Origin: Histomonas meleagridis 2922-C6/04-290x
Lineage: Eukaryota; Protista; Parabasalia
Reading direction: 5' to 3'
Assembly: GCA_020184695.1 (NCBI GenBank)
Contig: JAANOX010000207.1
Location: 124,001 to 188,000 of the forward strand
Length of the DNA: 64,000 bases
Numbering within the stretch: position 1 is the first letter of the stretch; the number at the start of each line of letters is the position of its first letter. Below are positions 45,959 to 57,299 of the stretch, in pieces. The notes below the pieces were generated by a model. It ran no database searches and was not told where the DNA came from. It saw only the letters and a list, made by a program, of their open reading frames with translations. Both the position numbers and the translations under genes were made by a program.

Positions 45959-46550
45959 AATATTCAATAAAAATGCGATGAAAATTTTGTTATTGTAATA
46001 TTTATTGTAAATAACAATTATGAATTCATGATATGGATTTTTTTTTTTTCGAAATATAGTTAATGAATGTGTTATTAATGAAATGTATGAAAAAAATTTA
46101 TTTTATATGAATGAAATAGATAAAATTAAGTGTTAGATTTTGATTTCCACAAAGACAGTAAACGAAAATGATATTAATGGTAAATATATTTTTTCACTTT
46201 ATTTAAATATAATTTTGAAATTCCAAATTAATAAAAAAATATTTAAAAAGAGAATTATATTATTTTATACAGTACTTATTTATGCACAGAAATGGCTAAA
46301 TCACTTCTTCGAGAAGGAATTAATATCAATGCTAGATATATTCTTGTTTTATTAACAATGAAATTTCATTAAATTATTTCAAACAATATTTTATGCATCT
46401 AAATATGGTTGTAGGTTTTTTAAATGAAATATCATTTAAGATTTTTCATTAAATAAATTTTAAATAAAGAATTAGTTTACACACTTTTTGTGTTCATATC
46501 TTGCTTTCAAGTTTTAAAATATATGACTTTTAGGAATATATATGAACTCT

Positions 46551-49538
46551 TTAATCCTCATGTAATTCATCTACATCCTTCTTGCCTTCACAATTTGCAA
46601 AACTAAGAGTTGCATTAAATATTTTGAATAATTTCCAAATATTATTTTTAAATATTAAATTATTCAAATAAATAACAAATAAAACAAATAAATTTCTTTA
46701 TCATTAGCATTTACACCTTTTTGTGCATTAGTCCCTCTTTCAGTTACACACGTAATCGCTGTCTTAAATAATCCAAATAATTACCAAATGATATTTTGAA
46801 ATTCGAAATTATTAAAATAAATTAAAAACCAAATATAGAAATTCCATCCCATTTTGTTAAAGCTCCACCGTGATCAACAAGTAATTCGACAATTTCTGTA
46901 TAACCATTTTTAGATGCTTTTTCAATAACTGTAACAAATATATTAAATTATTATCACATTTTATGTTAAAACACCAAAAGAAGAAAATAAATATCTTTAA
47001 TATTAACACAAATATCTTTATGCTTAAGAAGTATTTTAACTATTTCTACATTCCTTCTATTTACTGCTATAGTAAGTGCTCTTTCAAATAATAGAAATTA
47101 TTTCCAAATATTGTTTTGAAATATAAAATTATTAAAATAAATATTAGATAAAACAAATAAATGTCTCTAGCATTAACATCAATTTCTTCTTGTTCAAGAA
47201 GTAATTGAACCACATCTACATATCCAAAATAAACTGCCTCCATAAGTGCTGTTCTAAATAATATAAATAATTTCCAAATATTATTTTGAAATATAAAATG
47301 ATTAAAATAAATTTTAAATAAAATAAATAAATATTTTCACTATTTACATCAATTCCTTTTTGTTCAAGAAGTATTTTAACTATATCTATATGACCTTTTT
47401 GAGATGCTACAATAATTGCTGAATAAAATAATTTGAATAATTTCCAAATTTTTTATTAAAATATCAAATTATTATTACAAATATTGCATAAAATAAAAGA
47501 ATATCTTTAGCATTAACATTAATATCATTTTGCTCACAAAGTATTTTAACTATTTCTGTGTTACCATTTTTAGATGCATAAATAAGTGCTGTATTAAATA
47601 TTTATAATAATTTCCAAATATTAATTTGAAATTTGAAATTATCAAGATAAAAATTAAATAAAATATATTAATATCTGTAGCATTAACATTAATATCATTT
47701 TGTTCAAGAAGTATTTTAACTATTTCTGTGTTACCATTTTTAGATGCAGAAATAAGCGTTGTGTTAAATATTTATAATAATTTCCAAATATTATTTTAAA
47801 ATATCAAATTATTAAGAAAAAGTCCTTATAAAACAAATAAAAATCTTTGTCATTAATATAAATTTTGTTTTGTTGAAGAAGAAATTTAACCATTTCTATG
47901 TGGCCATATTCGGCTGCTAATATAAGTGGTCTTTTAAATACTTTAAATAATTTCCAAATATCATTATGAAATACTAAATCATTATAGTTAATATCAAATA
48001 AATCAAATAAATGTCATTATCATTAACATCAACGCCTTTTTGTTCAAGAAGTAATTTAGCTATATCTATACGACCATATATAGATGCACAATTAAGTGCT
48101 TTAATAAATAATATTTTTAATTTTTAAATTTTTCGATAATACATCAAAACATTAAAATTAATACTCCTTCTTGCAATATGAATACCTTTATGTTCAATAA
48201 TTAACTTAACTATTTCAATAAATCCTTTTTGAGTTGCAAATAATAGTCCAGATTCAAATGTTTCAAAGAAATTCCAAATATAATTTTTAAATTTCATATG
48301 ATATAAAGAAACTTTAAATAAAATTTTAAATCATTTTTAAATTTATATTTAATACCTTTATTATCTTTAAGGTAATTAAAAATTTCTATATTTTCATAGT
48401 GTAGATATTTTAATACTTCTAACATATTTAATTTTATTGGCTCTTTCTCATAAAAATTTTGTAATAAAAATAAATTACCTGTTTCTATTGCTTTAATAAT
48501 CAACGATTTATTAGGTTTTAATCCTTCTTGCTCTAAAAATGAAAGAATTTCAAAATTATTATATGAAATACATAGTTTTGCTGTTTCTTCCAAATTTTGA
48601 ATTTCAATAATTTTGTTTTCATATAGATAATTGAAAACTTCATTTCGATGAAATTCTATTGAAGGGTTTAAAGATCCTTCGAATGATGAATGATTTTGTT
48701 CGCATAAATGAATGATTTCTTCATTTCCGCCTGCAACAGCATATTTCCCTGTACAACTTAGTTTTACATTATTCATGAGCAAATAACGAAAACATTTAAT
48801 TGACCCAAAAAATGCTGCATATTCAATTAATGAAACATTTTTTTGATTCACAAATGAACATCTTTCATAAAGTGATGGTTCAATTTTTTGATTAAAATCG
48901 AAATCATTTTGTGATGTTATTTCTTGAAGTTTTTCTATTTCATCATTCCTAATTATTTTTGCAAGTTCATTTGGATTAACTCCTTCTTTAACATATTTCT
49001 TATGAAGTTCAAAATTATTATATGAAAGTTCATCAAAATTACCTTTTACATAACTACTAAATTGTTCAAATTGGTTTATGTTGTCTTCTTTAGAGATGTG
49101 AATAAAATATGGCTTTTTTGTGTATTTTATTACTTCTTCATTTATTATTCCATTTTCATACAATTTCTCAAGAAGATAATATGATTCTTGTTTGTTGGTA
49201 TTTAAAAGAAATCCAGTAAAAACTTCAATAACGATTTCATTCGTAATATTTAAAATTTCTTTTTCTTTTGATTCAAGGACTTTTAAAAAATCAAAACATA
49301 AATTACATGTATCTTTGGACATAAAATAAGAAAATATTAATTCACAAATAACTAAGTTAAAAGAATATGTAGTTTCTTTGGAAAAATAAACTAACAAAGA
49401 ATCAGCAGATTCATTAATATTATCATCACTTAAATCAAATATTATTTTTTCCATATCTTGTAATACTTGAACATCATTCGTGTTATTTCCGTTTACTTTA
49501 CTTTGCTTGTTTCCTCTTGTAGGTATAAATCGTTTCAT
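46551..49538 (-). CDS. DUF3447-ankyrin gene: 402-codon first segment plus 11 spacer-separated ankyrin modules
   Basis: Open 49538-48333; nine 90-nt modules, one 69-nt module and a terminal 63-nt module ending TAA at 46551; all modules stop-free. Coding status assumes the spacers are removed. Confidence 0.75.
46614..48332 (-). repeat. 170-bp-period module/spacer array
   Basis: Spacers 48253-48332, 47933-48012, 47763-47842, 47593-47672, 47423-47502, 47253-47332, 47083-47162, 46763-46842, 46614-46693 (80 nt); 48103-48162 and 46933-46992 (60 nt). Confidence 0.95.
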
Positions 49539-50240
49539 TCTGGCAAAAGAACGTTTACTGCTTCTTTGTTTAAACGGTCGTCAATAATCACTTCAAATTC
49601 ATAATGAAAATTCAAATAATATATATTTAAAATCATATTCTCAATTCGAAGTCCACATTGCAGAATCTGTTTATTTGTCAATATATTCTTTGAATTTCAA
49701 GGTATAATTATTTTTTGTATTAACTTTCAACATATCATAATTTTTATGTGTTCTGTTTCATTGATATCCATCATTGAATTAAAAAAAACATTAATTTGAT
49801 TCTTCATCCGAAATCCCCAGGAATAGAACGCATTAAATCAAGAAATATTTATTTAATTATCAAGAAAAAGTAGATTTTAATTTGAATGAAGTTCCAAAAA
49901 ACGTTATGAAATCTGACGACAAATACCATTCAATTCATTCCAAGTAAGCTTCCAAGTAACATTTAATAAACTCTAGATTATATGGCAGTACCGATATAGT
50001 TAAATTACTTGTTGAACAAAAAGGAATTGAAATTAATGTCAAAGATAATATATGTTTGTTTTATTTATTGTTTGTTTTTATTATTATTTAAAATTTGTTT
50101 TACTTTCTAAAAAATGGGATGGGCCAATTTTACAACGAATTTCTTATAGAATTCCGAATTCAAAAAGGTTGTTCAGCCAATTGTAAATCTAAGAAATTTC
50201 ATATGAGTTTAATCAAAAAATTGAAGTTCACTTTATTTTA

Positions 50241-50690
50241 ATGTCGCTTAAAACAATCTCTGAAGGTACTAATTACACTGCCATCAATGTTGGTCCAGCA
50301 TCAGGAATTAGCAACTACACTTTAGAAGCCTTTGGCAAAAAGGTTCAAGGAAAAGTTTTCATCGGAAATGCTCTTCATTTAACAGGATCTGAAATTTCAT
50401 ATGGATCCTACCCACCAGGCGTACAATCACCTTTCTTCCATTCTCATAAAGAAAATGAAGAAGTTTACATTGTTATCAAAGGTAAAGGTGAATACCAAGT
50501 CGACGACAAAGTATTTCCAATTGAAGAAGGATCAGTTATACGTGTTGGCACTGGTGCCAGCCGGGCATATAAGAACACAGGCACTGAACCACTTGTTGTA
50601 ATTTGCATCCAAACAATTGAAAACAAGGAACCACTTAAGACAGGTCACGATGCTGAATTCCTTCAAACAGAACCTAAGTTCACTAAGTAA
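50241..50690 (+). CDS. Cupin-domain protein (bacterial-type)
   Basis: PFFHSHKENEEVYIVIKGKG and EEGSVIRVG....R.YKN cupin motifs. Confidence 0.88.
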   Translation: MSLKTISEGTNYTAINVGPASGISNYTLEAFGKKVQGKVFIGNALHLTGSEISYGSYPPGVQSPFFHSHKENEEVYIVIKGKGEYQVDDKVFPIEEGSVIRVGTGASRAYKNTGTEPLVVICIQTIENKEPLKTGHDAEFLQTEPKFTK

Positions 50691-51014
50691 AAAGGAAATA
50701 CACCTTATTTTTTCTTTAAAATTTTGATTTTCTTGTGAAATTTACAGGATAAGCCCTCTTGCTAGACAAATAAATCCATTTTTTCATTGTTGAATTTCTA
50801 TAATAAAAAAATCCAATAAAAAATCTATTCTCAAACATACAATTTTTTCTGGTTTAAATTTCAATTTGACATATAAACTTGAAAATAAATATTAAAAATA
50901 TCACATTTTAAATAAGACACTTATTTAAATGTCCTTAGTGGAAATTTAAAAAGGTTCGTATTAAAGCTAAACATAAAAAATATCGATTTTAACTCATATT
51001 TTGATGTGTTATAT

Positions 51015-52491
51015 TTATTGAAGTTGGTATTTGACAAGATTAGCATAAAAACCATCTCTTGCCATTAGTTCTTGATGTGTTCCTTCTTCAATTACTTGTC
51101 CATCTTTAAAGAGTAAAATTTTGTCTGCATTCATAACTGTTGCTAATCTATGAGCCACCAAAATCACTGTTCTATCCTTTCTAAACTTTTCAAGAGATTC
51201 ATGTATTAATCTTTCACTTTCTGTATCAAGTGCAGACGTAGCTTCATCCAACAATAATATTGGTGAATTAGCTAAAATTGCTCTTGATATACAAATTCTT
51301 TGTTTTTGTCCACCACTTAAACTCGTTTGGTGAACAATTGATTGATAACCATCTGGCAATTGTGTTATGAAATCATGCGCGTTACCAATTTGAGCTGCTT
51401 TAATAACCTCGTCCATATTTGCATCTTCTTTTTGAACGAAATTCAATTTTTCCTTTCACATTTTTAAGTTCCCCACCTTCTTTACGATCAACTTCAGGTT
51501 TCATCTCAATAAGTTCAATAATTTTTTGAGCTGATACTGCTGATTTGTTCATATCATTGGAAATTGATATTGCTTGTGTTAAACCGTCAACAGCCATAAT
51601 CATTGAAAAGAAAACAATAAAAACATCACCACTATGGTACCCATAATATGGCTTGTGAATTGCTAAATCTCCACCATAATAACAAATAGCTGCAACCATT
51701 AGATTTGAAAGTATGTAAATAATTCCATCTTTTGTTCCTTGAGTAAGACTTGTTTTCAAACAAACATTATCAACATCATCTAATTGCTTTTTATAATTTG
51801 CTGCTTCGTAAAGTTCATTATCGAATGATTTTATAGTTCTAAATGATGTAATTGCTTCTTCTGCTTTATTGTTTGCTGCTGATAAACATTCATTATATTT
51901 AAACCAAATGTTTTCAATTATTTTATCACCTATAATATAAATTATAAGACATAACAAAATTACTATTCCACCAGGAAGAGCAAGTCTCCAACATTTGATA
52001 AAAGCAACAATTATTCCTGCAATGGATTCACCAGTTTTTTGAACAGAATTAAGTAATTTTTGATAATAAGTTTCCTGCATCATTGTAATTTCTTGAGATA
52101 ATCTACCAATGAGAACACCTGTAGGAGTTCGATCAAAGAAATCAATTCCTTGTTCAACTAAATTACAATAAACTCTTTCTCTTAAATCTCTTGGAAATGT
52201 TGAGTTACACCATATTCTAATTGCATATGAAATAACTGATGCTAAAAACATTCCAATAACATAATATATCATATTTAAAACTACAGGAACGAAATCATCA
52301 AAAAAATTTTCACTAGAAAAAACATTAACCATATCTCCGAGTAAAATTGTCATTATAACTGGTAATGCTCCAACAACAAAATGAAGAATAATTGTCAATA
52401 CAACTGCCCATTTGTTTTTAACATAGCTCATGATTTTGAAGTATTCTCCTCCTTTTCTACTGTTCTGATTTCCTTCCAATGGTTTTTCCAT
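51015..52491 (-). pseudogene. ABCB half-transporter with an NBD deletion and frameshift
   Basis: Intact TMD; GKIEF is joined out of frame to KEDANMDEV near 51440, removing Walker A and the Q-loop; LSGGQ and LLLDEATSALD retained. Confidence 0.8.
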
Positions 52492-52694
52492 ATAATAGTG
52501 ATGTGTAAATTCCAAAAATTTTCGTACAATTTTTCACACAATTTTTCATAAAGGAAGTTTTTGGGTTAAGCTGTGATTTCAATACTTAAAGCAGTTTTTG
52601 ATTGAAATTTGACGACCAATCAAAAATTTACATTGAAATATTCAATAGTCGTTCCACAGAATGTTGAGCCTTGTTCAAATCACATCACATTTTA

Positions 52695-54548
52695 ATGGAC
52701 TTTGAAGATTCTCAACATCAAAGGCCCACAGAAGAGTCAAACATGGATGCAAATCAACAAGGTGGACCAAATGATTTTGATGTGAAACAACTTTTCGGGA
52801 CAAGAGTTAGATTATATAAAATGTTATTTAAATATCCCAAAGCATTAATTGGAATAATTCCTTCAATTTTTGTTGGTGCGGTCCCTATTATAACATTTTT
52901 ATTCGTTGGAAGAATAATTAAAGTTATTAGTGATTTTGAATCATCTCAAATTTATGATTTTAATGAAATCAAAAACAATGCGCTTTATTTAACAATTATT
53001 GCGATAATTACAGGGATTTGTAAATTTCTTGATGAATTTTTATGGCCGAAAGTTGGTTCAGAATTTACGAATAATCTGAAATCAAGTGTTTTTGAAAAAA
53101 TTATGAAGAGTGATATTTCATTCTTTGATCAAAGTTCTATTGGTGATATGTTAACATTGCTTGGTCAAGAAACCGAATTTGTTCAAGCTACATTTGGACA
53201 AACGAAAGGAAAAGAACTTCAATATATAGGGCAATTTTTGTTAGGAATTATTCTTTCATACTTTTATTGTTGGAAAATTGCATTAATTGCAACATGTACA
53301 TTACCATATTTTATAATTTTAATCATTGTTTTTGGAATGTTAATGGGCCAGCATTATAATCTTCTTTATATGTACACTGGAATATCAATCACTATTGCAG
53401 ATGAGACATTATCATCAATTCGAACAGTTCGAGGATTTAATCATGAAGAATCCGAATGTAAAAGATTCATGGATGCAACAAAAATGGCTGTTAAAGAAGA
53501 TCAAAAATCAGGATTTTTCCTGTTTTGTTTAAATACTTTGATTGATTTAAGTGTTTGGGTCGTTGTTATTGGTAATATGTATTATGGTGCTCAATTAGTT
53601 GACAAAGGAGAAATTATATCAAGTGATTTAATATCACTTTTCGGTTTCAATTTTTTTGGTTTTATGGGAATTATAATGTTTCAAATGCTTTTCCAAGAAG
53701 AAGACCGTGCATTAATTTCAGGCATGCTTCTTTTTGCTATTTTAGATCAAGAACCATCTATTCCATTTGATGGAGGTGATATAATTGAAAACTTTAAAGG
53801 ACACATTGAATTTAAGGATGTTTCATTTAAATATCCATCTCGTGATGTTTATGTATTAAAAAATGTTTCATTTGAAATTAAACCTGGAGAAATGGGAGCT
53901 CTTGTAGGTCATTCAGGATCAGGAAAATCGACTTGTATTCAACTCTTAGAAAGATTTTATGATGCTACAGATGGTAAAATTTTACTTGATGGTAAAGATA
54001 TTAAAACACTTGATCCACATTGGCTTCATCAAAAAATTAGTCTTGTATCACAAGAGCCAATACTATTTCAATTATCTGTTGAAGATAATATTAAATATGG
54101 CAAAAGAGATGCAACAAAAGAAATGGTTATTAAAGCAGCTAAAAAATCAAATGCTTTAAACTTTATTGAAAAATTAGAAGGCAAATTTAATTATTTTGTT
54201 GGAGAAAAAGGTGATTCTGTTAGTGGTGGTCAAAGACAAAGAATTGCAATTGCACGCGCATTAATTAGAGATCCTGTTATTTTATTAACTGATGAAGCAA
54301 CATCTGCTCTTGATGCAGAAAGCGAAAAAAAGGTTCAATTAGCTCTAAATAAAGTCATGAAAAATCGAACATCTGTTGTTGTCGCTCATCGATTAAGCAC
54401 AATTCAGAATGCAAATATAATTTATGTATTCGATTCAGGAGTAATAAGAGAAAAAGGTACACATTCTTCTTTGATCAAGAAAAAAGGATATTACTATGAA
54501 CTTGTTAAAATGCAAATGAGAGAAGAGCACAGAAATATGAAGAAATGA
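52695..54548 (+). CDS. ABCB (MDR/TAP-type) half-transporter
   Basis: Six-TM domain, GHSGSGKST Walker A, SQEP Q-loop, VSGGQ signature, LLTDEATSALD, AHRL; TCACATT initiator before ATG 52695. Confidence 0.93.
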   Translation: MDFEDSQHQRPTEESNMDANQQGGPNDFDVKQLFGTRVRLYKMLFKYPKALIGIIPSIFVGAVPIITFLFVGRIIKVISDFESSQIYDFNEIKNNALYLTIIAIITGICKFLDEFLWPKVGSEFTNNLKSSVFEKIMKSDISFFDQSSIGDMLTLLGQETEFVQATFGQTKGKELQYIGQFLLGIILSYFYCWKIALIATCTLPYFIILIIVFGMLMGQHYNLLYMYTGISITIADETLSSIRTVRGFNHEESECKRFMDATKMAVKEDQKSGFFLFCLNTLIDLSVWVVVIGNMYYGAQLVDKGEIISSDLISLFGFNFFGFMGIIMFQMLFQEEDRALISGMLLFAILDQEPSIPFDGGDIIENFKGHIEFKDVSFKYPSRDVYVLKNVSFEIKPGEMGALVGHSGSGKSTCIQLLERFYDATDGKILLDGKDIKTLDPHWLHQKISLVSQEPILFQLSVEDNIKYGKRDATKEMVIKAAKKSNALNFIEKLEGKFNYFVGEKGDSVSGGQRQRIAIARALIRDPVILLTDEATSALDAESEKKVQLALNKVMKNRTSVVVAHRLSTIQNANIIYVFDSGVIREKGTHSSLIKKKGYYYELVKMQMREEHRNMKK

Positions 54549-55149
54549 GTTTATTTGCTCTCTTGGAATCAATAAACAACAGATTTTTTAAAAATAATTT
54601 ATGTACATATATAATAATTAAATCTATGCCATCATTTTTAAATACAAAGGAAGAATATATTTAAAAAACAATTAAATCATAAGATGACAGGCCTACTTTT
54701 ATTATTTTATTTATTAAGTAAGTTATTTTTGGCCAGCGTGAAGAATAAGGAACGGATTGAATGGTTATAAAACAAAATCTCCAATGCACAATCGTCGTTA
54801 TAAAAAGAGTATTTTTGGGCGGTGCGAAATCCTCGGAATTTATTCCAGGATGGTAAGTACTTACCAGCAGAAAAGGTCGAAAGAAGAACCGCAACCCCTA
54901 TGTTATTCTCGCACATAAAAGTCGGCTCCTCCTGTGATAATAAAATCGATCCATGGCGATTTTTTGAATGCCTTCTCATTTTATAAAATCAACTTTTTGA
55001 CTATTTACACATTCAAATTTGAATTGATATATCGGTTGTCGTTGGCTCTAAAACCGTTAAGAATTGAAATTGTTCATTTTTCCACATGAGACCAAAGGAA
55101 CATTGCGACTGGGAAATGCTTCTATCAATAAATCAAGCAATTTTTTTTT

Positions 55150-56785
55150 TTAATTAAGAAAATTTCTCGAGATCTTTAGGTTTAATAATCAACAAATTTG
55201 ATGAAATCCATCCTTTATCTTATGATTTAATTATTATTCAAATGATATTTTATTCCTTTTTAATCAAAGAGAATAAAGTAAATTTATTTTTGAATATTAT
55301 CAAAGAAATAAGAACATTTGAAGAGAATAATAAAAATCAAATAGAATATATTTTGATGTATTTGGTCGATTTCTTAATGATAAACATACACATGAATCAT
55401 ATTATCTTCTTGAATCGATGATTGAACATAATTTTCTTGAACCAAACATTGTAAAAAACAAACAGAGTGCTTATTTTGTACATTATATGTCTAAAGAAGA
55501 ATTAGCAATCTATTTAAGGGAAAATGATTTTGGAAATTATGAAGAACTTTCAAAGAATGATTGGGAATTACATAAGAAATTAATTAAAGAAGGACATAGT
55601 CAAAATGAAATTGCGAAAATAATTCGAAATGATGAAATAGAAAAACTTCAAGAAATATCATCACAATCAAACTTCGATTTTAATCAAACAATTGAACCAT
55701 CACTTTATGAAAAATGTTCATTTATTAATCAAAGAAATGTCACATTAATTGATTATGCTGCATTTTTTGGATCTGTTAAATGTTTTAAATATTTACTTAT
55801 GAATGGTTCAGATGTTTATTATACAGGTAAATATGCAATTGCAGGTGGAAATATAGAAATAGTTCATTTATGCGAACAAAATCATTCATCATTTGAAGGT
55901 GCATATGAAACAGCAATTGAATTTCAACAAAATAATATCTTTAAATATTTTTATGATAATAAATTAAAAGAAATTAATAATTTAGAAAAATTAGGAAAAC
56001 TTTGTATTTTATAACATAATTATCAAATATTTTCATTTTTACTTAAAGAAGGAATGAAAATCAATGATGATATTATTAATGAAGCAGCAAATATTGGAAA
56101 TATTTTTTTAGTTGAATATTTTCTTAAAGAGCATTCAATTCCGCATGATATATTGGTATTTTCAGCAGGATCAGGAAATATTGAACTTGTTGAATATGTT
56201 TTAAAACAAAAAGGAATTGATATTAATGCTAAAGATATTTATTTGTTTTATTTAATATTTATTTTAATTATTTAGAATTTCAAAATAATATTCGAAAATT
56301 ATTTAAATTATTTAGTACAGCACTTATTAGAGCATCTTGGAATGGTCATACAGAAATAGTTAAATTACTTCTTGAACAAGAAGGAATTGATATTAATGCT
56401 AAAAGTATTTATATGTTTTATTTAAAATTTATTTTAATAATTTAGGATTTCAAAATAATATTTGGAAATTATTTAATACAGCACTTATGTATGCAGTTTT
56501 AAGTGGTTTCACATATATAGTTAAATTACTTCTTGAACAAGAAGGAATTAATATTAATTCTAAAAATATTTATTTGTTTTATTTTATATTTATTTTAATA
56601 ATTTTTGATTACAAAATCATATTTAGAAATGATTCCAATATTTTGATACAGCAATTACAATTGCATCTAAAAGAGGATATACAGAAATAGTTAAATTACT
56701 TCTTCAACAAGAAGGAATTAATATTAATGCTAAAAGTATTTATATGTTTTATTTAAAATTTATTTTTATTATTTTGTACTTCAAA
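55150..56785 (+). pseudogene. DUF3447-ankyrin gene with three spacer-separated modules, degraded 5' end, truncated 3' end
   Basis: ORFs 55418-56014 and 56054-56275; spacers 56237-56316 (80), 56407-56477 (71), 56568-56647 (80); fourth spacer cut off at 56785. Confidence 0.78.
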
Positions 56786-57299
56786 CTGATGGATCAATTG
56801 CACACCTCATACCAATTCCTTCTTTTTTGTCTTCATCGAAAACGTTTATGCTGATAACATAAGTAATAAAAATAAAAAATTTTAAAAATCACTTTAGATA
56901 TTCTTTAAAAAAATTTATTTTATTTTGAGATGTATAAAATGAATAAAGTAATAATGCTTTATTTGTTAATGAGGAATTTCTTTTGTTACATATTTAAAGC
57001 TACAATCAACAATTTGTATATACAATATATTATATCATTTTTCATTATATTTAATATACTATTTTTTTATTAGAGATTTTAATAAAGTTATTTAATTTAT
57101 AATAAAAATAGGAAATTTCAAAATATTTTTGATGATTATATTTTTTGTTAACCCAAAAACTTTCACAATATCTGCTTCAGATGATTTTTCGAAAGATTAT
57201 ATGAATGTTACAGAATATGTTATATTTATTAATGTTGAGGAGCTTGAAAGTAATACATCGGCAAAATAAATCGGCATTGAGGAAACTCTATGAATTTTT

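Noticed and set aside
46614-48332. CRISPR array
   Set aside because: Eukaryotic context, no cas genes, the repeated part is 60-100 nt and degenerate, and the variable parts are mutually homologous ankyrin codons
56237-56320. Spacers as canonical GT-AG introns (GTTTTATTT ... TACAG)
   Set aside because: The GT is phase 2 and the AG needs phase 1, so the join reads TTC ACT TAT TAG; neither site is invariant across modules
56234-56320. Spacers as U12-type (RTATTTAT ... AC/AG) introns
   Set aside because: The start varies AT/GT/CT/AC with the D/N/S/T codon, AC termini break the frame, and there is no TCCTTAAC branch site
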